Shown here one piece after another: positions 10,194 through 20,066 of a stretch of DNA of 64,000 nt. Numbering within the stretch: position 1 is the first letter of the stretch; each line of letters opens with the position of its first letter. The notes under the pieces were generated by a model, which was not told the DNA's origin, did no database searches, and saw only the letters and a program-made list of their open reading frames with translations. Source of the stretch: Patescibacteria group bacterium. GTDB lineage: Bacteria > Patescibacteriota > Patescibacteriia > 2-02-FULL-49-11. A program made the translations under genes and the position numbers. Location: contig JBAZQN010000012.1 in assembly GCA_041645165.1 (NCBI GenBank), forward strand, positions 636-64,635, read 5' to 3'.

Positions 10194-12461
10194 ATGGCTA
10201 GATATTATCGTGAAGAGCGCCCTCGAATTCCGCGCATGCGGGAAAGAGAGCCTATGTCGCCCGAGACAAAGCGCGCGCTTGGTATTATTTTTTTATTTGC
10301 GCTCGGGATCCTTTCCGTGCTCGCTTTTTTTGATCTCGCTGGGCCGGTAGGAAACACCTGGCGGCTATTTTTGGCTACTTTTTTTGGGCGCGTGGATGTG
10401 CTTGTGCCCCTGCTCTTGCTTACGGTTGCCATGCATACGCTCTTTCCGGAAAGATTCGCAGTGAAGCGGGGACAGTGGTGGGGGGTGGCGTTTCTTATGG
10501 TGGCGCTCATCGGATTGTTTCATCTGCGCATATCCCCGGAAGACGCGCTTGCGGTAATAGGCGAGGAGCGCGGCGGTGGATACCTCGGACTCTTGGTGTC
10601 TTATCCTCTGCGGCAGGTCGCGGGCATCTGGGGCGCGTTGGTCATCCTTTTTGCGTTTGGGCTTGCAGGCCTTATCTTAATGTTTGAAACGAGCATCACG
10701 GGCTTGCTTGCGCCGACGCGGTGGGGTATGCGCGTGATTGCGTGGGTGCGGGACAGGATGCGCAAGGTGGCAAACCTTTGGCACGGGCGATTCGGCAGAG
10801 AAGATGAAGAAGAGAACGAGGAAGTAATGTTTCATAGGCAGGATATAGAGGACGGAGAAGAAGAGTTTTCCCACGAGGCGCCAATGTCTCTTAATGCGGA
10901 AGAAGGCGCGGCAATGGGCGCTCTTCCTATGAGAGAGTTTGATGTGCACACGGTACCGCGGCCGCTCTTTCCTGTGCCGCGCCGCAGAAAGAAAGTGGAT
11001 ATTCCCTTCGAACTCTTAACCGGCAAAGCAGGCAAGCCCACATCGGGCGACATTAGCGCGAATCAGGAGACTATTAGGAAGACGTTTGCGAACTTCGGCA
11101 TTGAAGTGGAAATGGGAGAGGTATCCGTGGGACCCACCGTCACGCAGTTTACGCTGCGGCCTGCGGAAGGGGTGAAGGTATCCCAAATCACCAGCCTTTC
11201 CAATGATATAGCCTTGGCGCTCGCTGCCCATCCTATCAGGATTGAAGCGCCTATCCCTGGGAAGTCATTGGTGGGCATTGAGGTGCCTAACCAGCAGGTG
11301 GCTATCGTGCCGCTCCGAGAGGTTCTCTTAAGCGATGAGTTCAGGAAACGCAATAGTTCGCTTACCATAGCAATTGGTAAAGATGTCGCCGGCAAGCCGT
11401 GGCTGGCGGATGTAGGGAGAATGCCGCACTTGCTCATAGCTGGCGCAACCGGATCAGGGAAATCGGTAATGATCAATAGCTGTATCATCAGCCTGCTCTA
11501 TCAGAACCAGCCTGATGACCTTCGGTTTATCTTGGTGGACCCGAAGCGGGTGGAGCTTACGGTGTATAACGGCCTCCCGCATTTGCTCACGCCAGTCGTC
11601 ACTGAAGTGGACCGGACCATCAATGCCCTGCGGTGGGTAGTGGGAGAAATGGACCGCAGGTTCCAGCTGCTTTCGGAAACGGGAAAGAGGAATATTGAAA
11701 TGTACAACAGTAATGGCGGCGAGCGCCTGCCCTACATCGTGGTGGTGATCGATGAATTGGCGGATCTTATGTCAGTGGCGGCGGCTGAAGTGGAAGCGGC
11801 CATTATACGTCTTGCGCAGATGGCGCGCGCGGTCGGCATTCATCTCATCGTCGCGACCCAGCGGCCTTCGGTAGATATCATTACCGGCCTCATTAAGGCG
11901 AATATTACCTCACGGATCGCGTTTGCCGTGGCGTCTGCGGTGGACTCGCGCACTATCCTTGACATAAGCGGCGCGGAGAAACTTCTGGGTAGAGGCGATC
12001 TGCTCTTTACCACCGCCGAGCTTTCAAAGCCGCGCCGTCTGCAAGGCGCCTATGTGTCTGATGAAGAAATAGAGCGGGTGGTCGCGTATTGGAAAGAGAA
12101 AGGTGGAGAGCCTTCTTATGACGAGGAGATTTTAGAGAAGCGCTCTACGGCGCAAGAGTATCTCGAGGGGGAGGGAGAGGGCGATATGCGCTTAGCGGAA
12201 GCCCGGGAGCTGGTAGTGCGCGCGGGAAAAGCGTCCGCGTCATTCCTCCAGCGCAGGATGAGCGTGGGATACGCGCGGGCCGCGAGGCTTCTTGATCTGT
12301 TGGAAGAAGAAGGCGCCATCGGTCCTGGCGACGGGGCAAAACCCAGAGACGTGCTGGTCACGATTGAAGATTTGCATACGCGGGAATTTACCCCTGAACC
12401 AAGGGAGGAAAAAATGGATCAGAATTCCGATAACATTCCTCAAGAAGAAGATGAGGAATAA
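10194..12461 (+). CDS. ftsK: DNA translocase FtsK/SpoIIIE
   Basis: N-terminal TM helices; PHLLIAGATGSGKS, IDELADLM, ATQRPSVD; gamma domain LQRRMSVGYARAARLLD. Confidence 0.98.
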   Translation: MARYYREERPRIPRMREREPMSPETKRALGIIFLFALGILSVLAFFDLAGPVGNTWRLFLATFFGRVDVLVPLLLLTVAMHTLFPERFAVKRGQWWGVAFLMVALIGLFHLRISPEDALAVIGEERGGGYLGLLVSYPLRQVAGIWGALVILFAFGLAGLILMFETSITGLLAPTRWGMRVIAWVRDRMRKVANLWHGRFGREDEEENEEVMFHRQDIEDGEEEFSHEAPMSLNAEEGAAMGALPMREFDVHTVPRPLFPVPRRRKKVDIPFELLTGKAGKPTSGDISANQETIRKTFANFGIEVEMGEVSVGPTVTQFTLRPAEGVKVSQITSLSNDIALALAAHPIRIEAPIPGKSLVGIEVPNQQVAIVPLREVLLSDEFRKRNSSLTIAIGKDVAGKPWLADVGRMPHLLIAGATGSGKSVMINSCIISLLYQNQPDDLRFILVDPKRVELTVYNGLPHLLTPVVTEVDRTINALRWVVGEMDRRFQLLSETGKRNIEMYNSNGGERLPYIVVVIDELADLMSVAAAEVEAAIIRLAQMARAVGIHLIVATQRPSVDIITGLIKANITSRIAFAVASAVDSRTILDISGAEKLLGRGDLLFTTAELSKPRRLQGAYVSDEEIERVVAYWKEKGGEPSYDEEILEKRSTAQEYLEGEGEGDMRLAEARELVVRAGKASASFLQRRMSVGYARAARLLDLLEEEGAIGPGDGAKPRDVLVTIEDLHTREFTPEPREEKMDQNSDNIPQEEDEE

Positions 12462-12676
12462 TACTCTCGCTTTTGAGGTAGTATAACTGTCCATTCAAGT
12501 TCTTTCCCGCTCAGGAATACACAATTTTTCTGCGGACGCGACCTAGCGTCCCTCGCGCCTAAATCCTCGAAAAATTGGTATTCCCTCACTTCTCGGTTTA
12601 AATAAGACAAAGCAGATAAGGTGGGGCATTGACAGTAAGTGTCGCAGTAGGGTATAAGGAGGAGAACTAAGAATAC

Positions 12677-12910
12677 TATGCCCCGCAATACAACATCCAA
12701 GAGGGAGGCAGATATCCCTGTGCAGAGAAAGGGTGTGATATAAGGGAATTCGTATGTGTGCATTGAGAGGCACATTTATAGCCTCCCTCATCAATCGCCA
12801 AACGTTATCTTCAAACTTTGTTATGAATCGCTACTCCAAGGTCGCATTCAATCTAGGTGTTAGTACCATGCCAGACGCGTTTGGCGTGGGATGTTGATAT
12901 ACGGGGTATG
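12677..12910 (+). ncRNA. Structured ~235-nt element, copy 1 (unassigned RNA motif or MITE-like element)
   Basis: Stems tatgccccg..caacatcc/ggatgttg..cggggtatg, gagggaggc/gcctccctc, cgccaaacg/cgtttggcg; homolog at 17041-17279. Confidence 0.65.
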
Positions 12911-13606
12911 AAAATATTTCGTGCGAAAGCAATTAAGCAGAAAGAGACGATTGGGGAAATACTTATGCGTGCGCGGGAAAGGGCGCATCTCACGCGCGCG
13001 CAAGCAGCCCTTGCGGTGGGCGTGCAAGAGCATTATCTGGTGGCGCTTGAAGAGAACCGATGGCACGACCTTCCAGGAGTCCTTTATGTGCGGCGTTACC
13101 TTGAGCAATATGCGAAGTATTTAGGGGTGGTACCCAAGACGCTTCTGGCACAATTAAAAACTCAGCTCATCCATGACCATTGGAGCAGTGCGCCCAAACC
13201 TCAAAGCTGTACCCGCGCGCATTTAGTCGTGTGGCCGCAGCGGCTGCGGCGCATCGCTATGGCCGCAGTACTCCTTGCCATAGTCGGGTACCTCGGCATG
13301 CAGTTGATAGCACTCACCAACCCGCCTCCGCTTGCCGTTGATTATCCGCCTGACGGATTCGTCACTCATCTTGAATCCATCACCGTATCAGGCAGCACGG
13401 AACCAGAAGCGCGTCTCATGGTTAATAATGAGGCGGTCACGGTGCGCGCTGACGGGACTTTTTCTGTTTCCCTTACTCTCGCGAAAGGGGTAAACTATAT
13501 ACATCTTTCGGTGGCACGGCGTTTTGGCAGGGAGAGGATTTTGGAACGCCGTGTCGTGCGCGATGGCGCCACAGGAATGAGAGTACGCCAAAGTGCGGCG
13601 CCATAA
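12908..13606 (+). CDS. RodZ-like HTH membrane protein with C-terminal Ig-like domain
   Basis: TIGEILMRARE...YLVALEENRWHDLPGVLYVRRYLEQYAKYLG, one TM helix, beta-rich tail; ftsK-recA context. Confidence 0.85.
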   Translation: MKIFRAKAIKQKETIGEILMRARERAHLTRAQAALAVGVQEHYLVALEENRWHDLPGVLYVRRYLEQYAKYLGVVPKTLLAQLKTQLIHDHWSSAPKPQSCTRAHLVVWPQRLRRIAMAAVLLAIVGYLGMQLIALTNPPPLAVDYPPDGFVTHLESITVSGSTEPEARLMVNNEAVTVRADGTFSVSLTLAKGVNYIHLSVARRFGRERILERRVVRDGATGMRVRQSAAP

Positions 13607-13642
13607 TTCTTGAAACATACCTTATTATAATTTTCAGTGTCT

Positions 13643-14716
13643 ATGCCTAAAATAAAAACTTCAAGTACTGACCGGTCTAAGGGCGCGGAAGCGGCGATCC
13701 ATGAGATAAAAGAACGGTTTGGCGAGGGTGCGATAATGCGTTTTGGCGAGGCGCGCGCCAAGGAAGTGCCGGCAGTGTCCACCGATTGCCTTTCATTGGA
13801 TATTGCGCTGGGGGTGGGCGGCGTGCCGCGCGGAAGAATTATCGAAATTTTTGGGCCCGAAGCTTCAGGCAAGACGACGCTGGCTCAGCATATCGTGGCA
13901 GAGGTGCAGCGGTTAGGCGGTATTGCCGCTTTTGTGGATGCGGAGCATGCGCTCGACCCAGAATATGCGCGCAAAATCGGAGTAAACGTGGACGAACTCT
14001 TAATTTCCCAGCCTGACACCGGCGAGCAAGCGCTTGATATCGTGGAAACGCTCGTGCGCTCGAATTCCGTGGACATCATAGTGATCGATTCTGTCGCGGC
14101 GCTCACGCCCAAGGCGGAAATCGAAGGAGAGATGGGCCAACAGCATATGGGACTGCAGGCGCGGCTTATGTCCCAGGCTTTGAGGAAGCTCACGGCGATT
14201 GTGTCAAAGTCAAACACGATCGTCATTTTTATCAACCAAATCCGTTTGAAGATAGGCGTATTTTTCGGCAATCCCGAAACCACGACCGGCGGGACTGCGC
14301 TTAAATTTTATTCTTCCGTGCGCATCGAGGTGCGGCGTTCTGCGCAGCTCAAGTCTCAAGAGCGCATCATAGGCCATCGCACGAAAGCGAAGGTGGTGAA
14401 AAATAAAGTGGCTGCCCCTTTCCGAACTTGCGAGTTTGACATCATGTTTAATGAAGGGATTTCGATCGCAGGAGACACGCTCGATACCGGGCTCCAATTC
14501 GGCGTGGTCGAGAAATCAGGCAATTCTTATGTATTCGGAGAAGAAAAGCTGGGGGTCGGTCACGAGGTCGCGCGGAAATTCTTGAAAGACCATCAGGAAA
14601 TCCTGAAAGCGATTAAGGCGCGCGTGTGGGAAAAGGTGCGCGAGAAAGAGGCGGCAGAGGCGCAAGAAGGCATGACCGCAACCCCTGCGGGCGAGGAAGA
14701 GGAGGCGGGGAGGTAG
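13643..14716 (+). CDS. recA: Recombinase RecA
   Basis: [39 protein letters not shown]. Confidence 0.99.
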   Translation: MPKIKTSSTDRSKGAEAAIHEIKERFGEGAIMRFGEARAKEVPAVSTDCLSLDIALGVGGVPRGRIIEIFGPEASGKTTLAQHIVAEVQRLGGIAAFVDAEHALDPEYARKIGVNVDELLISQPDTGEQALDIVETLVRSNSVDIIVIDSVAALTPKAEIEGEMGQQHMGLQARLMSQALRKLTAIVSKSNTIVIFINQIRLKIGVFFGNPETTTGGTALKFYSSVRIEVRRSAQLKSQERIIGHRTKAKVVKNKVAAPFRTCEFDIMFNEGISIAGDTLDTGLQFGVVEKSGNSYVFGEEKLGVGHEVARKFLKDHQEILKAIKARVWEKVREKEAAEAQEGMTATPAGEEEEAGR

Positions 14717-14755
14717 TCGAGTTCAACTGTTTTTCAGTTTATCAGTTTTCAGTTA

Positions 14756-14787
14756 GAAAAAAATCGCCCCGCAAATGCGGGGCGGTA
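14756..14787. terminator. Intrinsic terminator between convergent recA and efp
   Basis: aaaaaaatcgccccgc-aaat-gcggggcgg. Confidence 0.75.
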
Positions 14788-14807
14788 TATATTTGCGCTT
14801 GTAGGGT

Positions 14808-15380
14808 TCAGGTGACCCGTTCGGTGTATTCTCCGGTATCGGTGTTGATGCGGATGAGGTCGCCTTCTTTTACGAAGAGCGGGGTGCGAATGGTGGCGCC
14901 GGTTTCGAGCGTCACTTCTTTGGTGACATTTCCTGACGCGGTGTCCCCTTTAACCGCGGCGTCGGCTTCCGTGACACGGAGGTCGATTTTTTTCGGGAGC
15001 TGGACCGAGATGGGCATTTCATCAAAACGGAGCACTTCCACCTCCTGTCCTTCTTTCAGAAAATTTTTCCCCTCGCCTATTTCTGACGCATTGATAAAAA
15101 ATTGGTCATACGTTTCCTGATCCATGAAGTAGTATTGGCTGTCTTGCGCATAGAGAAAAGTAGCCTTTTTGCGGGTAATGTCAGCTTCTTCCACGCGTTC
15201 GCCGGGCTTGAAGCTGTATTCAATCACTTTGCCGGAGCGGAGATTTTTCAATTTGGTCTGCATGACAGGCTTGCGCTGCTGCATGCGCATGAAAGACGCA
15301 TCCATGACAATGCAGGGCTCGCCTTGATAATTAAGGACTATTCCTTTTTTGATGTCATTGAGGGAGGATAATACTGCCAT
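14808..15380 (-). CDS. efp: Translation elongation factor P
   Basis: KLKNLRSG, VKGDTASG, LETGATIRTPLFVKEGDLIRINTDTGEY. Confidence 0.97.
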   Translation of the reverse strand: MAVLSSLNDIKKGIVLNYQGEPCIVMDASFMRMQQRKPVMQTKLKNLRSGKVIEYSFKPGERVEEADITRKKATFLYAQDSQYYFMDQETYDQFFINASEIGEGKNFLKEGQEVEVLRFDEMPISVQLPKKIDLRVTEADAAVKGDTASGNVTKEVTLETGATIRTPLFVKEGDLIRINTDTGEYTERVT

Positions 15381-15387
15381 ATAAAAA

Positions 15388-15480
15388 TTCCGCGTAGATC
15401 AGCGTCATTATCTGTGTTGATCTGCTTCTATTAGTGTAGAAGCGGAAGGACGCAGATAGTAACGCAGAAGAACGCAGAAA
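15388..15480. repeat. TCTGCG/CGCAGA palindromic repeat (no insert)
   Basis: ctgcttcta/tagaagcgg core flanked by cgcaga units. Confidence 0.7.
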
Positions 15481-15485
15481 GTAAT

Positions 15486-15725
15486 TTACTTAGTAAACGC
15501 AAACAATCCCATGATGCGTGCGCGCTTTATGGCACGCGCTACTTTGCGCTGATGAGTGGCGCACAAGCCCGATTTGCGCTTTGGCACAATCTTCGCAAAG
15601 TGCGACACAAAACGCTGAAGGGTCATTGCATCCTTATAGGATACGCTGTGGAGATTGTTGATGCAGAAGTAGCAGTGTTTCTCTACTGGCTGCGATTGCT
15701 GGCTGGGAGAAGAGGTGAAGGGCAT
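15486..15725 (-). CDS. rpsR: 30S ribosomal protein S18 (zinc-binding type)
   Basis: CYFC...SYKD...SGLCATHQRKVARAIKRAR. Confidence 0.97.
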   Translation of the reverse strand: MPFTSSPSQQSQPVEKHCYFCINNLHSVSYKDAMTLQRFVSHFAKIVPKRKSGLCATHQRKVARAIKRARIMGLFAFTK

Positions 15726-15735
15726 ATCTTAGTGT

Positions 15736-15887
15736 AAATCCTAAATTCTAAGCTCTAAAGCCTAAACTCACGCCTGAGGCGGATCCGCCTCAGGCGGAAA
15801 ATTCAAAATTCAAAATGATCGAAATTTCAAACGTTTTGGATTTTGAACATTTGGATTTGGTATTTGTTTAGGATTTAGGTTTTAAAG
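15736..15887. repeat. Heptamer palindromic element with nested GATC-centred double hairpin
   Basis: aaatcctaaattctaa...ttaggattt; insert cgcctgaggcg-gatc-cgcctcaggcg at ~15770-15797. Confidence 0.75.
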
Positions 15888-15896
15888 TTTATCAAT

Positions 15897-16331
15897 CTAG
15901 AATGGTATTTCTTCAACATTGATCACTGGTTCTTGGGGGGCGGCAGCAGCGGGAGACTGGTCTTCGAGGGGCGATGCGGAGGGTGCCGCATTTGACGGGG
16001 TAGTCTGCCGGTCGAGCATGATAAGGTTTTCCGCAACTATTTCAGTGCGATAGCGTTTCTGTTTTTGCTGATCTTCCCATTGACGCGTCTGTATGCGGCC
16101 TTCCACATACACTTTCGATCCTTTGCGGAGATACTGCCCGCAAATTTCCGCAAGCTTCCTCCATGCGACAATATTATGGTATTCCACTTTTTCTTGGCGG
16201 TTGCCGCTCGGATCAGTCCATCGCAGGTTGGTGGCGACCGAAAAGGTGGTGACCGGCGTGCCATCAGGCGTGGTGCGCGCTTCAGGGTCGCGCGTAAGGT
16301 TGCCGATAAGGAGCGCTTTATTGAGGTTCAT
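15897..16331 (-). CDS. ssb: Single-stranded DNA-binding protein
   Basis: LNKALLIGNLTRDPE, YLRKGSKVYVEGRI, C-terminal EEIPF. Confidence 0.98.
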   Translation of the reverse strand: MNLNKALLIGNLTRDPEARTTPDGTPVTTFSVATNLRWTDPSGNRQEKVEYHNIVAWRKLAEICGQYLRKGSKVYVEGRIQTRQWEDQQKQKRYRTEIVAENLIMLDRQTTPSNAAPSASPLEDQSPAAAAPQEPVINVEEIPF

Positions 16332-16433
16332 ACCCGCTTAAATTTTGCACCTATTACAGTGCATTATATTATGATAAAAAACGCTTAGTTTATTTCATCA
16401 AACCTTTTCATTCTCGCAAAACTTAGGCGGGCA

Positions 16434-16868
16434 TTATGCTATTTCTTCAGAAATGAGTTCTTCTAGTTTCTTGTCAAGTTCTTCAAAGCTCACTTTTTCC
16501 GTGATCTTGGAAGCGGTGGTTGGCACAGGCATAGGAGCAGTGAAGCGGTGAGGCCGCGTCCTCCGTTTCCCTTTCTTACCCATCGTATGCTCTTCTTGCA
16601 CGATTTGGTAACGGGTGATGGCGGTTTCAAGCGAGAGTACCTCCTTCAGTTTTGGCAACACTGATGCTTCTGCCTCGAAAATGATATTACCGTAGTAGCC
16701 ATGGCGCTGGTTTTGGATAGGATACGCGAGTTTCCGCCGCCCCAGATTTTCATCGCGGATAATAGTCGCGTTGATAGATTTGAGATAATCGCTTATTTTA
16801 TTCTTCACTTCATCACTGGGCGTTTCTTCGGTTTGCGAAGGGAGAATATAGAGGAGATCGTAGCGCAT
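16434..16868 (-). CDS. rpsF: 30S ribosomal protein S6
   Basis: MRYDLLYIL, LGRRKLAYPI...GYY; rpsF-ssb-rpsR order. Confidence 0.96.
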   Translation of the reverse strand: MRYDLLYILPSQTEETPSDEVKNKISDYLKSINATIIRDENLGRRKLAYPIQNQRHGYYGNIIFEAEASVLPKLKEVLSLETAITRYQIVQEEHTMGKKGKRRTRPHRFTAPMPVPTTASKITEKVSFEELDKKLEELISEEIA

Positions 16869-16894
16869 AGTTTATCTAAAATTTCATAACGGAG

Positions 16895-16942
16895 ACCTCC
16901 CCTCGCGTGTCCCCTCCTTAGTAAGGAGGGGATGGGGTGGTT
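16895..16942. repeat. CCCCTCC..GGAGGGG short palindromic repeat
   Basis: cccctccttagtaaggagggg; relatives near 24443, 60746, 62312 and inside ychF and lgt. Confidence 0.65.
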
Positions 16943-17006
16943 TCCAAAATTTAAACAATATTCTTTTTTAAGAGGTTCTTTGATTACCCTATCATAATCG
17001 TTAAGA

Positions 17007-17035
17007 TTGGTCAAACGCAATCACTCTGGTATACT
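17007..17035 (+). promoter_or_regulatory. Extended -10 promoter predicted to start transcription at the first base of element copy 2
   Basis: TTGGTC-17 nt-TATACT with TG at 17027-17028. Confidence 0.55.
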
Positions 17036-17040
17036 TTTAA

Positions 17041-17279
17041 TATGCCCCGTAATACAACATCCAAGAGGGAGGCAGGAGTCTTAAGAGTATGCAGGTAGGG
17101 TAGTAAGTGTAGCTAATGTCACAAGAAGAAAAGTAGAAAAGTTTATTGCGAGCCTCCCTCACCGATCGCCACACCCACGATAAACCTTGATATGCATTAT
17201 TCTATGCCAGTCGCATTCATTTACCATAATCATCTAACGCCCTCCGTGTGTGGCGTTGGATGTTGATATACGGGGTGTG
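17041..17279 (+). ncRNA. Structured ~235-nt element, copy 2
   Basis: Same stems as copy 1, with cgccacac/gtgtggcg as a compensatory variant; conserved gtcgcattca at 17210-17219. Confidence 0.65.
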
Positions 17280-18530
17280 AAATACGCATTTTTTTTAGGA
17301 AATACACCCGCGCTGTCTCTGGCGGAGCTCTTTGCCGTGAGCGCGCGCTTAGGGGTGGATTTAAAAATTGTGCGATGGAGCAAGGAAGTGGCGCTCGGTG
17401 AGACTGCGAGCAATGTGAGTATGGATCAGCTGTTTCACGCGCTTGCGGGTTTGGTCAAAGTAGCAGAAATAACCAAGGCAGTTCCCGGCGCCCTTACGGC
17501 GGAGCAGGTACGATCCATGCTGCCCACTACGGGAAGGAAATTATTTTTTGGCTTATCCGCATACGTGCTCGAGCCTAGCGCCAGAGCAATAGATTGCCGC
17601 AAGCTTGGCCTCGGCGTCAAGCGCCTGCTTAGTGAAGAGGAGCGGAGCGCGCGTTTTGTCACCTCCCGCGAAGATACGCTTTCGTCGGTGGTTATCAATA
17701 CCAATAAATTACTGTCGGAGCGCGGGGCAGAAATTGTGGTGCTGTCTTTGCCCAACGGCGCTTATCTGGGGAGAACGCTCGCGGTGCAGCCGTATGAGGA
17801 ATATGCGCAGCGTGATATGGAAAGGCCGGCACGGGACGCCAAGATAGGAATGCTGCCTCCTAAAATTGCGAGGATGATGGTGAACCTTGCCCGAATGAGC
17901 CCGGGTGAGACACTGCTAGACCCTTTTTGCGGTTCCGGTACGGTGCTGCAAGAGGCGGCGCTTTTGGGGATTGACCGTCTTTTGGGCAGCGATCGTGACA
18001 AGAAAGCAGTTGAACGCACCCGCATAAATCTTGAATGGCTCGGCAATTTTACGTCGCAGATGAAGACCGCGTCATTTTCTATGCAATTAATCGCGTGCAG
18101 CATAGAAGAATTGCCTGCGCATATGCCCCAAGGCGGTATACATGCGATTGTCACCGAGCCTTACCTGGGACCGCCGCGGATAAAGCCATTATCCCCGGAA
18201 GAGGTGCCGCAGATGCGCATGGAGCTTGCGTCCCTGTATCGCCGCGCGTTTGCATCATTTACCCGAGTGCTTGCACCGGGAGGACGCGTGGTGATGATAT
18301 GGCCGGTGTGGAGAGTAGCGGGGAAATCCGTATCAAGAACTGCGGTGGCGTTCCTCGACCTTGAGCGCGCGGCGCAGGAGGCAGGACTCGCTGTCATCGA
18401 TCCGTTTCTTGAACATTTGCGCCCGGTCCCCGGCGCCGAGCACGGGTATCTCAAAGAGCGGCACTCGCTCCTGTATCAGCGCGAGGATCAGCAGGTGATG
18501 AGGGAGATACGGATATTTAAAAAAACATGA
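17277..18530 (+). CDS. Trm11/TrmG10-like SAM-dependent RNA methyltransferase
   Basis: GMLPPKIARMMVNL, LLDPFCGSGTVLQEA, IVTEPYLGP; GTG start at 17277. Confidence 0.85.
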   Translation: MKYAFFLGNTPALSLAELFAVSARLGVDLKIVRWSKEVALGETASNVSMDQLFHALAGLVKVAEITKAVPGALTAEQVRSMLPTTGRKLFFGLSAYVLEPSARAIDCRKLGLGVKRLLSEEERSARFVTSREDTLSSVVINTNKLLSERGAEIVVLSLPNGAYLGRTLAVQPYEEYAQRDMERPARDAKIGMLPPKIARMMVNLARMSPGETLLDPFCGSGTVLQEAALLGIDRLLGSDRDKKAVERTRINLEWLGNFTSQMKTASFSMQLIACSIEELPAHMPQGGIHAIVTEPYLGPPRIKPLSPEEVPQMRMELASLYRRAFASFTRVLAPGGRVVMIWPVWRVAGKSVSRTAVAFLDLERAAQEAGLAVIDPFLEHLRPVPGAEHGYLKERHSLLYQREDQQVMREIRIFKKT

Positions 18531-18555
18531 TACAATACTCAATTGCTATTCAAAT

Positions 18556-18697
18556 TCCGATTCCATCGTCATTCCCGCCCCGTATCACGGTACGGGGTAA
18601 ACTCCGGCGGGAATCCAGAAAATTAAAGTAAAATCGATGTTTTGTTTGTTTTTTATGTCTGGATTCCAGATCTCGGTCTGGAATGACAATCGGAATT
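18556..18697. repeat. GTCATTCC...GGAATCCAG composite palindromic element
   Basis: gtcattcccgcc...ggcgggaatccag / ctggattcca...tggaatgac; relatives at 35969, 38009, ~47470. Confidence 0.75.
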
Positions 18698-18784
18698 AGG
18701 TTAGCAAGTTAGTATAATCTGCAAATAAATACTAATGATACGAATACCTACCAATCCAATATTCAAACACATTCGCAGCCATTA

Positions 18785-18887
18785 GCCCGCCTGCCAACGT
18801 CTGTCATTAATGAATGTGCTACCCTTGGTGTATGCACTAACCTTTCTCATCGCTCCCTACCTAAGGGTAAGGCTATGGCGGGCAGGT
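18785..18887. repeat. 103-nt hairpin element with 67-nt loop, copy 2
   Basis: gcccgcctgccaacgtct-N67-aggctatggcgggcaggt. Confidence 0.8.
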
Positions 18888-18940
18888 ATCATTCGCATGA
18901 ATTCGTATATTGGTATTAGCCTTAGTATATTGATATCAAA

Positions 18941-20002
18941 TTATACACTAAATCTAAAATGGACGACGTCTCCGTCTTGAACCATGTACTCTTTCCCTTC
19001 GAGGCGTAAGGTGCCTTGTTCTTTTGCCTTAGCTTCCCCTCCTGCCTGCACGAAGTTTTCGTAGCCAATCACTTCTGCCGTGATAAATCCGCGCTCGAAA
19101 TCTGAATGGATGACGCCCGCCGCGTGGGGCGCTTTGGACCCCCTGCGCACCGTCCAAGCCCTTGTTTCCTTTGGGCCGGTGGTAAAGAAAGTGATGAGGT
19201 CGAGCGTTTCGTAGGCGGCGTGGATGAGTTTGAAGAGGCCAGTGCGCACAAGGCCGAGCTCTTTGAGGTCATCATCCGAGAGTTCAGCGAGATCTGCCTC
19301 TTTTTTTATATCCATCGTTATGACGCCCTCTCTTTCGTTCTCCACCTTACCAGGGGGAGAGACAGTGGGGGTGTTTTGTTCTGTGATATTAAGCACAAAA
19401 AGGAGCGGCTTTACGGTGAGCAGGTTTAAGTCCTTTATTTTTTCCTGTTCTTCTGCGCTCAAATGCGCTTCATTTACCCAATTGCCTTGGTCGAGCGCGC
19501 GTTTGCATTTTTCGTAAACCGCAAAGAGCTCCCGCGCTTCCTTAATGCCGGCGTGCGCGCTTCCCTCGATTGACGTAATGCGTTTCGCGACGGTGGCAAG
19601 GTCCGCCATGGCAAGCTCAAGGTGGATGGTCTCCTGGTCGCGTGTGGGATCCACCGAGCCTTCTACATGGAGCACATTCGGGTCTGGGAACGCCCGCAGC
19701 ACCTCGCAAATGGCGTCTGTTTCGCGGATATGGGAAAGGAATTGGTTCCCCAAACCCTCTCCTTTATGCGCGTTTTTTACCAACCCTGCGATATCCACGA
19801 ATTCCACGATGGTGGGGATAATCTCCTTTGAATCGCTAAGGCGAGCGAGCATCTCCAGCCTCTCATCCGGCACTTTCACGACGCCCACGTTGGGGTCAAT
19901 GGTGCAAAAAGGGTAATTCGAAGCATCCACTTGCTTTTTCGTAAGTGCGTTAAACAAGGTGGATTTGCCGACGTTCGGGAGGCCGACGATGCCGATTTGC
20001 AT
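18941..20002 (-). CDS. ychF: Redox-regulated ATPase YchF
   Basis: GIVGLPNVGKSTLFNALT, NYPFCTIDPN, DIAGLV, EGKEYMVQDGDV; ATG at 20002. Confidence 0.98.
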   Translation of the reverse strand: MQIGIVGLPNVGKSTLFNALTKKQVDASNYPFCTIDPNVGVVKVPDERLEMLARLSDSKEIIPTIVEFVDIAGLVKNAHKGEGLGNQFLSHIRETDAICEVLRAFPDPNVLHVEGSVDPTRDQETIHLELAMADLATVAKRITSIEGSAHAGIKEARELFAVYEKCKRALDQGNWVNEAHLSAEEQEKIKDLNLLTVKPLLFVLNITEQNTPTVSPPGKVENEREGVITMDIKKEADLAELSDDDLKELGLVRTGLFKLIHAAYETLDLITFFTTGPKETRAWTVRRGSKAPHAAGVIHSDFERGFITAEVIGYENFVQAGGEAKAKEQGTLRLEGKEYMVQDGDVVHFRFSV

Positions 20003-20066
20003 AGATATGATACTAATATACGAATGAATACTAATGATACCAATACCTACGAATTCGAAGTGATTC

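Noticed and set aside
12677-17279. CRISPR or TIGR array reading of the two-copy element
   Set aside because: No tandem repeat-spacer iteration, copies are 4 kb apart, and no cas or Tas-like gene is in the window
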